DNA of 63,424 bases, counting the filler, from Squatina squatina (taxonomy: Eukaryota), in NCBI GenBank assembly GCA_031763465.1. It is 4 parts of 3 records of this genome, joined end to end, with 100 filler letters (N's around TTAATTAATTAA, not from the genome) between each part and the next. Parts side by side here need not be neighbours in the genome. Positions count along the whole stretch, not along the records: positions 1 to 15,260 come from JARFOE010000115.1; positions 15,361 to 31,844 come from JARFOE010000016.1; 2 more parts are not named here. One strand, 5' to 3'. Under the pieces are notes generated by a model. That model saw only the letters and a program-made list of their open reading frames with translations, did no database searches and was not told the DNA's origin. Position 1 is the stretch's first letter. The number at the start of each line of letters is the position of its first letter. Shown piece by piece: positions 13,141-26,970 of the stretch. The position numbers were made by a program, and so were the translations under genes.

Positions 13141-15260
13141 TAACATTATTTCAGGTTGCCTCACCTCCCCTCCCATGATTACATTGTTAAGTAGATGTAC
13201 TNNNNNNNNNNNNNNNNNNNNNNNNNNNNNNNNNNNNNNNNNNNNNNNNNNNNNNNNNNNNNNNNNNNNNNNNNNNNNNNNNNNNNNNNNNNNNNNNNNN
13301 NTAGATATTCAAAGCAGATCCAACAGAAGGGAAATAACTTACATAAGTAAAAGTATGCTATACTTGCAAAGGGTTCATTGAATAGGTGGTAAGCAACATC
13401 GTGGAATTACTTGCAAAACAGAGTGGTACAAAATTTCTTTATATTGTATTTCCATTTTGCAACTATTGTTCTAACCCAGTGCTGGAACTTGAGTTACTAA
13501 ACCTTTCAAATGGCTAAGCTGACTTGGCCAAAAACACAGAAACTTCTACAGTTTGCTTGTAATTTAATAATCCAAGTATTTGTCTACTTCACTGGTAATC
13601 AAGATTTTCAAGAGGTCTTGGGCAAGCATTTATTTTGCAGAATTCTCTATTTTTTGTACTAGTAGTTTGCCCATCAGCCCAATTCAGGAAAAGTACTTAA
13701 GGTGATTAAACTGTCAGGCAGATGATTAATGGACAGCACTTTTACTGATTTGTCAGCTTGCGGGATCTCTGAATTCAATCATTGCTGCTTCTGATCATGG
13801 CCGCAGGCCCACTAAACTCAAACCAACACACAGTGTGAGGTCTGAGTTATCAACCCCCTTAACCCTGAATTGAAACGCCTACAGGCTATTCTTCAAGAGC
13901 CTTCAATTGGCATTTTTAAGTGCAGTCAATGTTATTGACAGCATGTAATAATTCATTCCTTCACACTGACTTCCAGACTTTTTGTTGGAATAACATTTTA
14001 ACGCTCTAAAATGTAAAATGGCAGATTAACTTCAAATTTTAAAATGGAAAATGTCCAACAGAACATTGATGGTGTGCTATATCCATGACTACTCATAGTA
14101 AAAAATTTGCAGTCACACATCTTCCAATAAGAGTGTTAAGGCATACCTATATCTTCCGTCAAAATATTTACTTCCTTTTGTACTTCATTCTCATAAAAAT
14201 ATCTACCATTAAAAAGGTGTCAAAGCTGGCAGAGAGTCCAAGAACAGTCTGTTTTTTCCCCAAATATAACCCATACCATTTTACTTTGAGAAATGGCCCT
14301 GAAATCTAGCTTTAAGAAAGTGCACACGTTAAGTGAATAATGTCTGGGATTTCCTACACAAATGTACAGTTTTAGGCAGGCTTTACAGCTAACTGTATTT
14401 GTCCTTTAAGCAGTCCTTTAATTCAGTGCAAGTATATAAGCAGTTGATTCCTAATCAAAGTGTAATTTTGTTAGTTGCATAGCTAGAACAATATTACAAG
14501 AACAGACACTGCAAAAAAAAAACCCGTCATCTTAACACAAAAACTATTGACCATTAAAAAGCAAATCTCTCTGGGATCTGTTAGATCAAAAGTTATTGAA
14601 TTTGAAGAATGTTTCATTTTTCATACTGCATAGGCAGTGTGTAATTTCTCCTTTACTTGCATACCCTGCTGAATTTTGACCAAGGTTTGATCGTGACACT
14701 AAAACCTCATGCGTAGACAATGACGGGCCATGCATATCTACAGTTAAAAGATAAAAATCCTCTTTCTAGTCCATTTTTCAGTAACTTGCTCCACATTACA
14801 CAGGGTGGATTTTTGCTGCCTCATACTACAGTTCTGTAAAATTTCTTTGGCTTGACTTCATTTTCTGTCAGCTCTAATTTCCATTAGTGCCACCCTCAGT
14901 TACTTCCCTCAACAACCACCAGAGTTACTGAAACTGTAAGCAACTAAAATGAATGGCAAATCCTAAACTGGTCCAAACTGCAGAGTTATTCGCCACATCC
15001 CATCTCCACACGATGTACATTTGTTATTACATCAATACCCACATTCCAGCCATCTCTTTAAAACACATTGTTTCCATTGTGAATATTTTTTCTCCACATA
15101 CCCTACATATGTGACAGCAAGCAGGAACGCTCACTCTCTTTCAGTCTCTCTCAAAGAGCACAGGGGGAAAGCAAACCTTTGATGACTATCAAGCAATCAT
15201 CATCATCATATTATTAGGGAAATATTTTATTTAGCAGAGGTGTAAAAAAAAGTTCATCGA

Positions 15261-15360
15261 NNNNNNNNNNNNNNNNNNNNNNNNNNNNNNNNNNNNNNNN
15301 NNNNTTAATTAATTAANNNNNNNNNNNNNNNNNNNNNNNNNNNNNNNNNNNNNNNNNNNN
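15261..15360. other. Artificial scaffold linker (N44-TTAATTAATTAA-N44)
   Basis: Six-frame stop palindrome at 15305-15316 centred in Ns. Confidence 0.97.
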
Positions 15361-18359
15361 GAGCGTCAATGTCAGGTAACGCATTGTTCACATAAATCCA
15401 GGAAGCTCGCGTGAGGTCTTTTGCATGGGAGCGGGGCAATGTAAATGAGTGGCGGCTAGTTTTGGCGGATGTATCTAACAAGTGGCGCAAACGATTGAGC
15501 AAATTCACGTGTAGTGATGTTTCTGTGTAAAACTGGCGTAAATCAGTTATGAACAAATTTTTTGGGGGGTAATGAAACACGCAATGATGTTTTTATGCTG
15601 TAGTTACGCCAAATATTTCCACACCAAATATGCCTTTCCAACACTGCTTGCAATGAGAGAAACAATATCATGCTGTGGACAGGAGAATGTACAACTCTGG
15701 TTCCCTCTGCTGGTTCAGTTACAATCCAACAGACAAGGCAGAGAGAAGATAAGTGCTCTCCTTCTTGTTCCCCCAACCTGAAGTTTAAGTGCTCTTTCTA
15801 CTGCCTTTAAATATCCAGTGAGTGAAAACAGCTTAATTTCCAATAGCTCTTTTCTGTCATTCAAAATTTCTCTCGACAGTCAGAGACTAGTGCACGTACT
15901 TGAACACATAACAATACTGTCTATTTTTAGTTCAAAATCACTTCATGTGAATTACATGAACAAATTTATTGTTGCGCATTAAATTTTCACCTTACTGTGT
16001 TTAATTTGAATGACTCGATAACATTTTTGTTTAGTGCAAGAAAACAAATTTAAATTATTGGGAGCAGACTGTAACAACAAAACCTGTGGCAATTTGGGAA
16101 GCAAAGAAGTAGAGCTGCTTAAGACTAGAGGGATTTCTTTGTGATACATACTGAGGAGTTGTGAGGAGCAGACCTGAGACACTACACTGCCACCACTGTC
16201 AGGAGGGTATAATTACAGTGTGACAAGTGTACAGAATCAGGTTCTGTTTGAAATGTGGACCTTGGAATTTTTGAAGAACTGGGAGACTGCAGAAACTCGC
16301 TTCAAGGGGCTACTTAGCGACCACATCTTGTAATTGCGATGTGACAGTTGACCTAGCTAAATTGAATGAGAATATTGTCACACAAATGCCATCAGAAATC
16401 ATGATAACAGGATGAAAAGTTGTGGACAGGAAGATTTTTAATAACATACAGAGAATGTATATGAATACAGTTCTGAAACAATCCAGTGTATATTAAATTC
16501 GGTTGATCTTCCACCATGTCAGAAAGTGAATCTTTCTGTGAGACTTCAACTGATTGTGAATATCATTGCNNNNNNNNNNNNNNNNNNNNNNNNNNNNNNN
16601 NNNNNNNNNNNNNNNNNNNNNNNNNNNNNNNNNNNNNNNNNNNNNNNNNNNNNNNNNNNNNNNNNNNNNTGCTAACAGGCAATAAACTTTTTTTTCTCCA
16701 ATGCAAAGCTTTTGCTATGTTAGGCAGTCATCTATTACACGCACCACCTTTGCAAATAAACACTTCAAGTCCAACAGAATGTATATCTTCCTGTTCCTAA
16801 TTGGCATTTCCATGGCAACTTACCAGATTTGAAGTTTTACTTCCTTCCTATGTTGAATTACCAGAATGAAAGTCTAAGCTCTATTTTCATTCTACCCTAT
16901 CCAATATAAAATGTGCCAGCACTATTGATTCACTTCTTTGATACTCTTAATTTTTAAAGAAAATGTTCATCTTCGTGCTTTGAAAAACTGGCTGAACTTT
17001 TCATAGGTATCTATCTTTCCATTTCTTCTTAGCAATCAGCAATATAATCCTTTCAACTATTCCAGAACTCAGTCAGGAAATCCAAAAAGGAAACTGTGCT
17101 TCGTGCGTTACTTTATAGTTTGAATTACGATTCATTTTTGTTTGGATGTGTAACTGTTTGTCCCTTTTGGTTGGTTAATAAGTTGAATTAAACAAACTAA
17201 CATGCAGTATGCTTACATGTGGAGTGGGGGTAGGATAGAGGTCTACAGTTACAAACAAGCTCAATTTACCCACCCACCCCACCGCCAATTAACCCACTCC
17301 TGTCCTTTCCTCCCGACACCCCTTCATAGGTCTCGCTCCATCCTGCAACTAAAATTATGGGTAGATGACCTGTTGCTTATTTCTGCTTAGTTAGGTGAAA
17401 ATAGTTATTAGAAGTTGTGTGGTTATATTTTTCCCTTCAAAANNNNNNNNNNNNNNNNNNNNNNNNNNNNNNNNNNNNNNNNNNNNNNNNNNNNNNNNNN
17501 NNNNNNNNNNNNNNNNNNNNNNNNNNNNNNNNNNNNNNNNNNCAGCAAAAAGTAGGTCATATCCAAAGAAGCATTTCTCCTGAGTTACCAGTGGCAGTAC
17601 TCAGGATAAGAACTGCCGATATCGGGAGGGTTGAGAATGCTATGTGAGGGTGCAGTCACAGGTTGTTGTGCCAACACACTGTTTTCATGTTGGGGAAAGA
17701 AGAGCTCCATGCATGCTTGTAAACCTGAACTTAAATGCACACAAGCAAATCTGCTCACTGGCTTCCCAATGTTGGTGCAATTTTTAATTTCACACCTGCT
17801 CCCAGGCCTGAATGTTAAGGGTTAAGAAAAGATATTTTTCTCAGCAAGCCCAGTACTTTTTTTTCCTGATAGATCAACCACAACCGCCCATCTTCTCACC
17901 ACATCTCAATCTTTTCGAGCTCCACAAATGGATCTTAGTTCCTCAAACACATTTATTTTGTCTGCTTCAGTGACCTTCCTTCCCTCAGAACATAATCCCC
18001 TTTGGCTGAAATAATTAAGTCTGACTTCTCTTACTTCAAGCTGCAAATTTTCCATATGTTTCCCTCTATATAAACCCTTCACTAGTGAAGAATTCGCTCA
18101 GCTTTGTCCCTCCCTTTGCAGCATCTTGAAAACTTGAGTTAGGTCACTTTGACTCCTCTTTTCCCAAGCTGAAGAGAAACTGAAGTTGCTTGCCAGAGAG
18201 GTCACACCAGAGTTTTACACGTAACTGCCATTTCAAACCTTCCTGTCTAAATCTGCCTTCAAACTGTTAGTGGATTAAAATCTTAAACTTCATTCCAATA
18301 TCATCATTCAAAGATACAACATAATAAAGAATCTGGAAATCAAATAAGAATTAACTGAA

Positions 18360-18590
18360 TAGAAACATAGAAAATAGGTGCAGGAGAAGGCCTTTCGGCC
18401 CTTCGCGNNNNNNNNNNNNNNNNNNNNNNNNNNNNNNNNNNNNNNNNNNNNNNNNNNNNNNNNNNNNNNNNNNNNNNNNNNNNNNNNNNNNNNNNNNNNN
18501 NNNNNNNCCATGTCTCCGTGATCCCAACTATATCATAACCGTTAACAGCTATCTGCGCATTTAATTCATCTACCTTATTACAAAAGGTGC
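18360..18590 (-). mobile_element. CR1 LINE collapsed across a gap (3' tail at 18360-18407, endonuclease start at 18508-18590)
   Basis: Reverse (TTTCTATG)-type tail; minus-strand translation KVDELNAQIAVNGYDIVGITETW is the APE-domain N-terminus. Confidence 0.85.
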
Positions 18591-19832
18591 TGTATAATTG
18601 CAAGTTGTGGCATTTATCAATCTGACTTTGTAAATGGTTTTGTTTTACAGATCTGAAAACAGCCTACATTCATACTGCAGAGATACAAATGTTTTACTTT
18701 AGTACAGACCCAATACCAATCCTCTTCAAGTTAATTTTCACACCAAGAGCGTACCCAACTCCAATGATAAATTAAATCTATTTCAGCCAATCTTTGGGTG
18801 TCAGACATATCCCTATTACTGGAAAGTACTGTTCAAAAGTTTAGCATGCAAGGTACTCAAAAGTCTTGCTCAATTAAGATCCTCTTTGGAACGTGAATTT
18901 GTTGTAGCCTGATTCTCATTGAAGAAAAGTATAAAATTCTTAATTGAATGGATTACAAGGACTACTTGTAATAAATGATTTACTTTAATGAAAAACATAA
19001 GTTGTGAGGCAATGTGGCTTCAAAAGCTGTTGAAATCAAATCCAATTGAGTGAAAAAAGTGTAAAAAAAACTATTGTTAATTTACTTTACATGTTAAAAT
19101 AATTTGTTAAAACCCGATGAGAATCCTCAGAACACTTGAAAACTTGAAAACTACTAACAGGTATCAAATGTTTACAAGAATTTTTCTGAGATTTTTGTTG
19201 AATCAAAATTATAGTAATCTGAATAGTTTCTTAAAGAAAATGTAGGAAAGGGTACATGTAGAGTGCATCAATTTAAAAAAAATAAAAGTAAATATTTACC
19301 AATGAGAATGCGACCTGGTTTTCCTTTTACACATCTGAGCTTTGTCCAACCACATGAATGGGTATCACATACAACGATCTTTTAGAAAGTTTGACCAATG
19401 ATTAAATTCAGAAAACATTCTCACTGAATTCTAATGACCAGGTTTGATTATTGGCCCAAATATACANNNNNNNNNNNNNNNNNNNNNNNNNNNNNNNNNN
19501 NNNNNNNNNNNNNNNNNNNNNNNNNNNNNNNNNNNNNNNNNNNNNNNNNNNNNNNNNNNNNNNNNNGTGGCAATGGAGATTGGTCTGAGGTTTGGGTTAA
19601 AGCATATAGTTAGGGCAAGGGGAACTTTGCTCTGTATCCTGAAACACCTCAGTCCAGCTCACTGCCGCTTAACTTCTGGAGAGAAAATAAAACGAACAGT
19701 ACCATCCTGCCCCTTAACAAGCAGTACAATAAGAGGAGGGGTTATATTATGTTGCATCTTCTCCAAGCTACTTTACTGTATAAATTAATCAACTAATTAA
19801 GCAGCACTTGAGAGGGCAAGTGTTCCACATAC

Positions 19833-19940
19833 CTCTAGAATTCTGTCATGGATCTGTAATCCCCCTTCTTTGTCTGCTGGCCCAGTCTCCACTATTTTTG
19901 ACACAAAAATCCCCTCGCATGCTGTGCCCTCTTGATTTTC
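19833..19940 (-). CDS. PDZRN3: PDZ domain-containing RING finger 3, PDZ1 exon ([36 protein letters not shown])
   Basis: 108-bp phase 0/0 exon, AAG acceptor, GTATGT donor; matches the recalled PDZRN3 segment [28 protein letters not shown]. Confidence 0.92.
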
Positions 19941-20598
19941 CTTTAAAAAGGTGCCAAAAGCAAAAAAGAGCCTAATTTAGTATTTGAAATGCACAACAGA
20001 AAGCAGAATCAAATAAATCTGAAGACATTAACAAGAGGGGGAGGTGCTAACTTCAATTGACTAATTAGATCCAATGTGACATGCAACAACCTGAAGGTAC
20101 TTTCTGTGATGGCAGTAAGCAATAGTTAGACTGCAGAAGTGTTGGCAACAGGTGACAATCACGTCGCTGCTGGGGGCCAACACGTTTGAAATATTCTAAC
20201 CTACCGCCCCAACGCCAAACGAGCAGGGGGTGCCAGAGGTACAGTACTTCCATTCATATAATGAATGCANNNNNNNNNNGATGGAACACAATGAGGTTAA
20301 CTGGAACTTTCTGCCTCGTGAAGCTCTTGCAGCTCGGTCAATTGAAAAATGCAAAACTGAGATAGATTTCTATTTTAGGCAAGGATATTAACGGATAACC
20401 CATGCTGTGGAAATTACTTTGCAGTTGCTAATGGAACATGCTCAGTCCTTCTTTAAAAGAGCATTAAAGAGGTCAGATGCTGTAAATCTTGCTGCAGACC
20501 CCAAGAACAACCAACATTACACATTCCTATATGGAAACACGGTTTGAAAACACCGGTAAATCATCCTGGTTAGAATGGGGCTGTTGCAATAAACATAC

Positions 20599-20679
20599 CG
20601 CACAAGGTCTGCCGCCAATAATATTAAATCCCAGGGAACCCGAGTCCCGCTGCATAACGACGGTCAGTGCCTCTCCGTC
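20599..20679 (-). CDS. PDZRN3: PDZRN3 PDZ1 first exon ([27 protein letters not shown])
   Basis: 81-bp phase 0/0 exon, TTTTTAG acceptor, GTATGT donor; [15 protein letters not shown] is the PDZRN3 carboxylate-binding loop. Confidence 0.92.
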
Positions 20680-21180
20680 CTAAAAACAGATAAAATGACA
20701 GGTGTTGGATGGCAGGGCTATCAACAACTGTTAAAGACTGGCTGGCAACTGCACGCGACGGGGCAGAAATAGAAAATACCTCTTGGATTAAAAGAAAATT
20801 ACAAACCAGTTTAACAACAATAGAAAAAAACCCACCGGAGCCTTGCACAAGCTTATGTCAACAAACTGCTGCATCTGTTTAAGGTCGAAAACACTTGGTG
20901 GAAGTGGATTAGCTGCACTGATCTTGCAGTGTCTGATGGCATGGTTAGTGACACCACTGTAACATGCAGCCCTCCTCCAATCTTTCACTTAATACAAGGG
21001 ACAGTTTAACTTCAAATACTGCATCCCAAGACAACATTTTGTTAAATAAAACCCAAAGCGCACTGTGATTTTGCCCTGTGNNNNNNNNNNNNNNNNNNNN
21101 NNNNNNNNNNNNNNNNNNNNNNNNNNNNNNNNNNNNNNNNNNNNNNNNNNNNNNNNNNNNNNNNNNNNNNNNNNNNNNNN

Positions 21181-21687
21181 ATTCAATACCAAATCCGGTA
21201 CAGAAAGAGAAAGAAAGATTGGGTTAAGAGAGAGAGGAAAATGAGACAGAAAGAAAAAGTACAAATAAACTTAATTTAAAATGTTACATTTTTAAAATCT
21301 ACAAGAATTAAAACCCAAGGGAATGAGACTCCACACTTGTATTAATTAATTTTCAGTTCCAGAGAGATTGTTGGCAGTAATTAACACTTATATTGTTATA
21401 AGGGTACTTAGACTGGAATGGACAAGACTTAACTTTCGGTGGCAAGCTTAATTCATATCTGCTGCACAAGTACATCAACTTCACGATATTCAATGCACTT
21501 CAATAGCGAGCCCGATAGTGAGATGCCATTGTTGGGTAGCTAATGGCGGAGCAGCACAACTGGGACAGCAACTTTTGGATGTTTAAGTTTAACCACGCAA
21601 TGTCGCCTGAAGTTGCAGCAACATTTACACTTAAATGATGGAGAGTACTATCAGCCTCACTGTTATTTTGACAGGAAAATCTGGGCC
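21181..21687 (+). mobile_element. Harbinger-like MITE, right part (family A)
   Basis: Ends GGAAAATCTGGGCC followed by AAT; interior alignable to 50610-51093. Confidence 0.75.
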
Positions 21688-23302
21688 AATGTGTGACAGT
21701 GATGAGCGAACTGCTCTCATGTATAGGCTTCTGTGGTATCACAGTAAACGTGAGAAACCGTATGAGCTGCGCATAATGCCACAGGAGCTCGAGTTGTGTG
21801 TATATTTTAGCACTGTATTCAAGCTGAGCCTAGCTAACATGATGCATTAAAAAAAAATCCTAATTCTAAACTTCAATCATACTTAAATTACAAATGTATA
21901 TATCTCAGACTTGGCTCCCATCATATGCCTTGATCGCATCTGGTAAAAAGTTAGGAGCATGAAAAATCATTTGTTTACTCCCAATAAAGAACAGTAACCT
22001 ATGGGATTATCAAGAGGAGGATAATAGGGGGAAAACTGTTTCAAGACAGATTTATTTCAAAGGATTCTGTCAAATTACTATTTACAGAATTAAGCAAACA
22101 ATATTTAAATGTAAATACTGCTGCCTACATTAACAGTGGCCAGTCATAACAGACGAATGAAAAATATAAAACAGATTTGAAGTTTAAAAAACATAGTTGT
22201 AAANNNNNNNNNNNNNNNNNNNNNNNNNNNNNNNNNNNNNNNNNNNNNNNNNNNNNNNNNNNNNNNNNNNNNNNNNNNNNNNNNNNNNNNNNNNNNNNNN
22301 NNNNNNNNNNNNNNNNNNNNNNNNNNNNNNNNNNNNNNNNNNNNNNNNNNNNNNNNNNNNNNNNNNNNNNNNNNNNNNNNNNNNNNNNNNNNNNNNNNNN
22401 NNNNNNNNNNNNNNNNNNNNNNNNNNNNNNNNNNNNNNNNNNNNNNNNNNNNNNNNNNNNNNNNNNNNNNNNNNNNNNNNNNNNNNNNNNNNNNNNNNNN
22501 NNNNNNNNNNNNNNNNNNNNNNNNNNNNNNNNNNNNNNNNNNNNNNNNNNNNNNNNNNNNNNNNNNNNNNNNNNNNNNNNNNNNNNNNNNNNNNNNNNNN
22601 NNNNNNNNNNNNNNNNNNNNNNNNNNNNNNNNNNNNNNNNNNNNNNNNNNNNNNNNNNNNNNNNNNNNNNNNNNNNNNNNNNNNNNNNNNNNNNNNNNNN
22701 NNNNNNNNNNNNNNNNNNTTTGTTATGACTGTACCTGGATATTTCAGAGAAACCTTTGTTATTTAAGGTATAGCTATTGCACCAATGTTATCTGGTTAAA
22801 TCTCCTATTTTTAGTACAAGCAACAGTGATTTCAGGTACAGGTGACAAGTTTTGAAAATTGTATTACAATGTTAAAAAGCTACAACACATTCCAAGATAC
22901 ATTAACGAATTGTGTTAAATAATAACTTTCAAAATACTGAACATTTCACATGTATAAATATAACCATCTGTACATTATATGCAAACTGTTAGATTGCACG
23001 CTTTGGTAACATCAAGTGTCTGATGTTTTTCAGATGTTGACTTTAGTGCATTTGAAAAACCCGACGGAAACCTCAGGCAAAGAACATATCTCTCAATTTA
23101 ATCTGGTGGATGAATTGGATTTGTAATTATAGGTGTGTCCACATAAATTTGAAATGACAAAGAGTACAATAATAAAGATTTATAGGAAAAGATAACATTG
23201 GTGGGTCAGTAAATGCACACTAGCAAAATTTGCAGATTTATTCATTATAAGTCTTTAGATTGTTGACTGATTATATGATGTTAGGTAAGTCAGTGTATGT
23301 TT

Positions 23303-23406
23303 TCACCATAATGCTGATCTAGCTGACAGAGATAGCACTATTGTGCTAAAGGCTGACAATGTACAAGCGTTTGATGCTGAGGTTCCAGATCTTCCACCAT
23401 CTGGAT
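23303..23406 (-). CDS. Contactin (CNTN3/CNTN4-like) terminal exon encoding the GPI-anchor signal ([33 protein letters not shown])
   Basis: Strong acceptor TTCTGTTTCTGTCCACAG, phase 1, TGA stop; resembles the recalled CNTN4 C-terminus [28 protein letters not shown]. Confidence 0.88.
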
Positions 23407-26400
23407 CTGTGGACAGAAACAGAAGGCAATTATATANNNNNNNNNNNNNNNNNNNNNNNNNNNNNNNNNNNNNNNNNNNNNNNNNNNNNNNNNNNNNNNN
23501 NNNNNNNNNNNNNNNNNNNNNNNNNNNNNNNNNNNNCTTGCTGATGTGCTGATGCATACATACCTAAATGTTCATGGTTCATCTGTACATACAAAATAAA
23601 AGTAGTAATTTGTCTACATACTTTGGAAAAAGTCAACATACAAACTTCATGAACATAAAAGGGATTTCTGATGCAAGTTTATTTCAATCAGAGAAAGGGA
23701 AGATGCAAATTTAAAACAAAATCAATTTCTCTTATTTCCTTGCTTCACATGAGACACTCAAACAACACTCAAAGTTTTTCAGGATATATATATATGCTCT
23801 AAAAGTTCTATACACATGCTCTGATCAGCTGCAGAGACACAATCTGCCAGCTGATCTAATCTGTCAGTTGAGGATCAAAGCCCTGTCTGACCCCAGTGTC
23901 TCCTTCCCCTGACTGCAGTTGCCCTATTTTCTTATGCACTGCAGGAGCGTGCTCAACAGACAGAGAATGACGCAAGAAGACACAGCTGATCATGCGTGCT
24001 GATTTGCTCGCCCTGAATTAGCAACTGAGACATAACCAAGGCTTGCTTCAAAATGGCACACTGGCCTTGCAAGGAGGGAAAATTACATTCCTTGCTAACT
24101 CCACAAATTTTAGTGAGCACCAAATGTACTTTAAAAAAAAAATAATTAATAACCTTGGTTAGGTCAAAGAAAGTCAGAAATTTGTTGACAGAAGGCTTGC
24201 AAGGCTCCTCATAATGTCGTGCCATTTGACTTAACTCAGTTATATTTTAAAAAAAAAGTTAAAATTCAAAAAGCTCCTTGAAAACGTTCTGATACAACNN
24301 NNNNNNNNNNNNNNNNNNNNNNNNNNNNNNNNNNNNNNNNNNNNNNNNNNNNNNNNNNNNNNNNNNNNNNNNNNNNNNNNNNNNNNNNNNNNNNNNNNAT
24401 GCCACACAATCATTTATGTTTTTGTTTCAGTCGGTCTGTCTTTGAGAATGTATTGAAGAGAAAAATTATGCACCAACCGCACTCCAAGTGGGACTCCAAG
24501 TTTCTGGTTACCTGTTCCAGGGAAGGGTCTTTACTCTGGAGCACAACTCAATTCTACGGAAATGTGCGGTTACAATTCTGCCATGAGTACAAAGGAGATG
24601 AGATTTAACAGCGTCATTGTGGGGAACCATCGCTAGGACTTTACTCCCCTGCAGCCCAAACTACAGAAGTACTAAACGTAAACGTTCCTGTAGATTAGAA
24701 GTTCATTGATAAAACTATGGGAAAAATGTTTCACATTTTCAATTTAACTTTAAGAAATTAGAAAAAGTAGTCTAGCTCAAAAATACATTGGTATGTTTTT
24801 TAACTGGGAATGAATGGTGCGTTACTGGAGCTTAAATTCAATTACGGTATAACGGACTTCAGGTGTGAATGGCACATGATCAGCACTGTCCTTGCACAGC
24901 ACAGTAGGAGTCTATCAATCTGAAGCAGATGGGTTTAACAGAGAAAACACAAGGTTTTAAATAAAGCTGTATGTGGAGTTCTTAACAAGACACACGGTCA
25001 TTCTCTTGGGACAAAATAGAAACTGCTTGAATAACCTATTTCAGACCATACAGGAGCACCTTTGTTGTCTTTGTTTCATCTCTGGCTGGAGTTAGTTGTC
25101 AAAGCCCATTTATCTCCAGCTGTGCAAAAAATCAACAGCAGGAAACCTCCCTACAGCTCCGCATAATCTTACCAGTGGTCGAAAATTGAAGAGCAGAAAT
25201 GCAATGGTTGAGTTAAAATTATAAAGAGCCATCCTTGTCTAAACAGATATTGCATTCTTCTACCAGACTGGCTAGTAGAACTGACAGCAAATAGATTCCT
25301 ATCTGTGTGCAAACAGTTACTTTGATTGGAAGTCCATCAGCTATTTGAAAAAGCTCCTGTGTGAGTGCAAGTTGTGAAGAGACACTTTATGCCTGAGGGG
25401 AATCAGAATGTTTAGGAGTCTCAGAGGCACAGATTGTTATTCATTCTGTTCGCTAACCTGACAGAATGTTAATAAAGTGTCCATGTCAAAGCTCAGGCCA
25501 CAGTTTAGTGGTTTGCATGCCATCAGCTTAAGTACCCGATGCTTCAGAATATTGATTTTTTACAGAATTAAAACTAATTCAGCACTTAAATTTTTAAAAA
25601 GCCTGAAACATTTGGTGTCCGACAATTCAAATGTCTGATAAGACAAGTATGATGGCTCCAATAGCCATCCTTTTTAAGAGTTATTTTCTTCTGAGCGAAA
25701 CCAATTTAGTATTTAGAAAAGAAAACAGCTACATATGTTCCCATCAGTTGCTGAACATACTCTGCATGTGTCAACTTCAATACGATATTAGCAAATAAAT
25801 GCTTAGCATGATCATATGACATTCTTTTGTCCCCTTTTTAACGAGAGGTACTAACCGCAAGTTTAACACAGCATTCAGAGGAATGCCATACAAAAGTGTT
25901 TCGTGTGTCCACTAATATTGCTGGCAGTAATTTTTAATCTATAGTCCATTTTCTGGAAATATTTGTTTTGACAAAAATATGTTTCAAAAAGAATGCATGA
26001 CTTTCATTGAAAAGAAGCCAAACAGAAGACAAGCCACAATACTTCACTCATTCGAAGGTTAAGCAGTCATGTTCGAAGTTGAGTATTTTTGGTGTTCCAC
26101 AGTTAGCTCTTGTCTATCTGCCGTGCATTAAATTTGCATCAGTTAGTGACAGTGGAAATAATTGATCAGCTAATATACTGTAGCCCTCATTCTTCAAAGT
26201 TTGCTTCTATATTTCCTGATAAAGACATGAAACCAGAATGCCCCATGGGGGATATTTTCAGGAGAGTTGCCCTTCATTAAGCACATCCTGTTATTTGAGC
26301 TTAGCATATTTATCAAGCAAATGAGAACAGTGACATTTCCTCACACTTAAACGTAGTGCTACAAATGTCAAATTACTTAATTTGAGTGAAACCAATCAAT

Positions 26401-26559
26401 GTTATTTTTTGGTTACGCTCATTTGAATAATTCTGCTTCATACTGATGTTATAAAAACTTTGAATTATATCACTAATTATAGAACGATGCCACTCTTGCA
26501 GATAGTTTAATTCCTGCTCCTAATCACTATCCAGCTGTTCTTGTAGAAAGTATGCACTG

Positions 26560-26970
26560 AGCGCAGAGTATGAGAAAAGATTAGCAGGTAATATAAAAGC
26601 AAACCCAGAAATCTTTTAGAAACATATAAAATATAAAAGGGTCGCAAAAGGGATGGGTACAAAAAAAGGAAATCTTCTAATAGAGGCAGATGGTATGACT
26701 GAGGTATTGAATGGTTACTTGCATCTTTCTTCACAAAAGAGGATGAAGTTAATTTCAGAGTAGAGGAGGAAGAAGTAGAGATATTGGATAGGATAAANNN
26801 NNNNNNNNNNNNNNNNNNNNNNNNNNNNNNNNNNNNNNNNNNNNNNNNNNNNNNNNNNNNNNNNNNNNNNNNNNNNNNNNNNNNNNNNNNNNNNNNNTCA
26901 TATTGAATGGCGGTGCAGGCTCGAAGGGCCTAATGGCCTACTCCTGCACCTATTTTCTATGTTTCTATGT
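26560..26970 (+). mobile_element. CR1 LINE fragments flanking a gap, ending in the 3' tail
   Basis: Degenerate ORF2-like sequence before the gap; GGCCTACTCCTGCACCTATTTTCTATGTTTCTATG tail after it. Confidence 0.75.

Noticed and set aside
15305-15316. TTAATTAATTAA as a biological motif (piggyBac TTAA site or homeodomain palindrome)
   Set aside because: Identical, centred in 44+44 Ns three times: a synthetic six-frame stop linker
16824-16847. 24-nt in-frame microexon (EGSKTSNL) in PDZRN3
   Set aside because: Weak acceptor, and it would interrupt the PDZ fold; no supporting homology
19299-19380. Possible minus-strand exon IVVCDTHSCGWTKLRCVKGKPGRILI
   Set aside because: No resemblance to PDZRN3 or any family I recognise; poor acceptor
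22177-22728. Long ORFs running through N gaps (here and many others in the track)
   Set aside because: Artefacts of translating Ns
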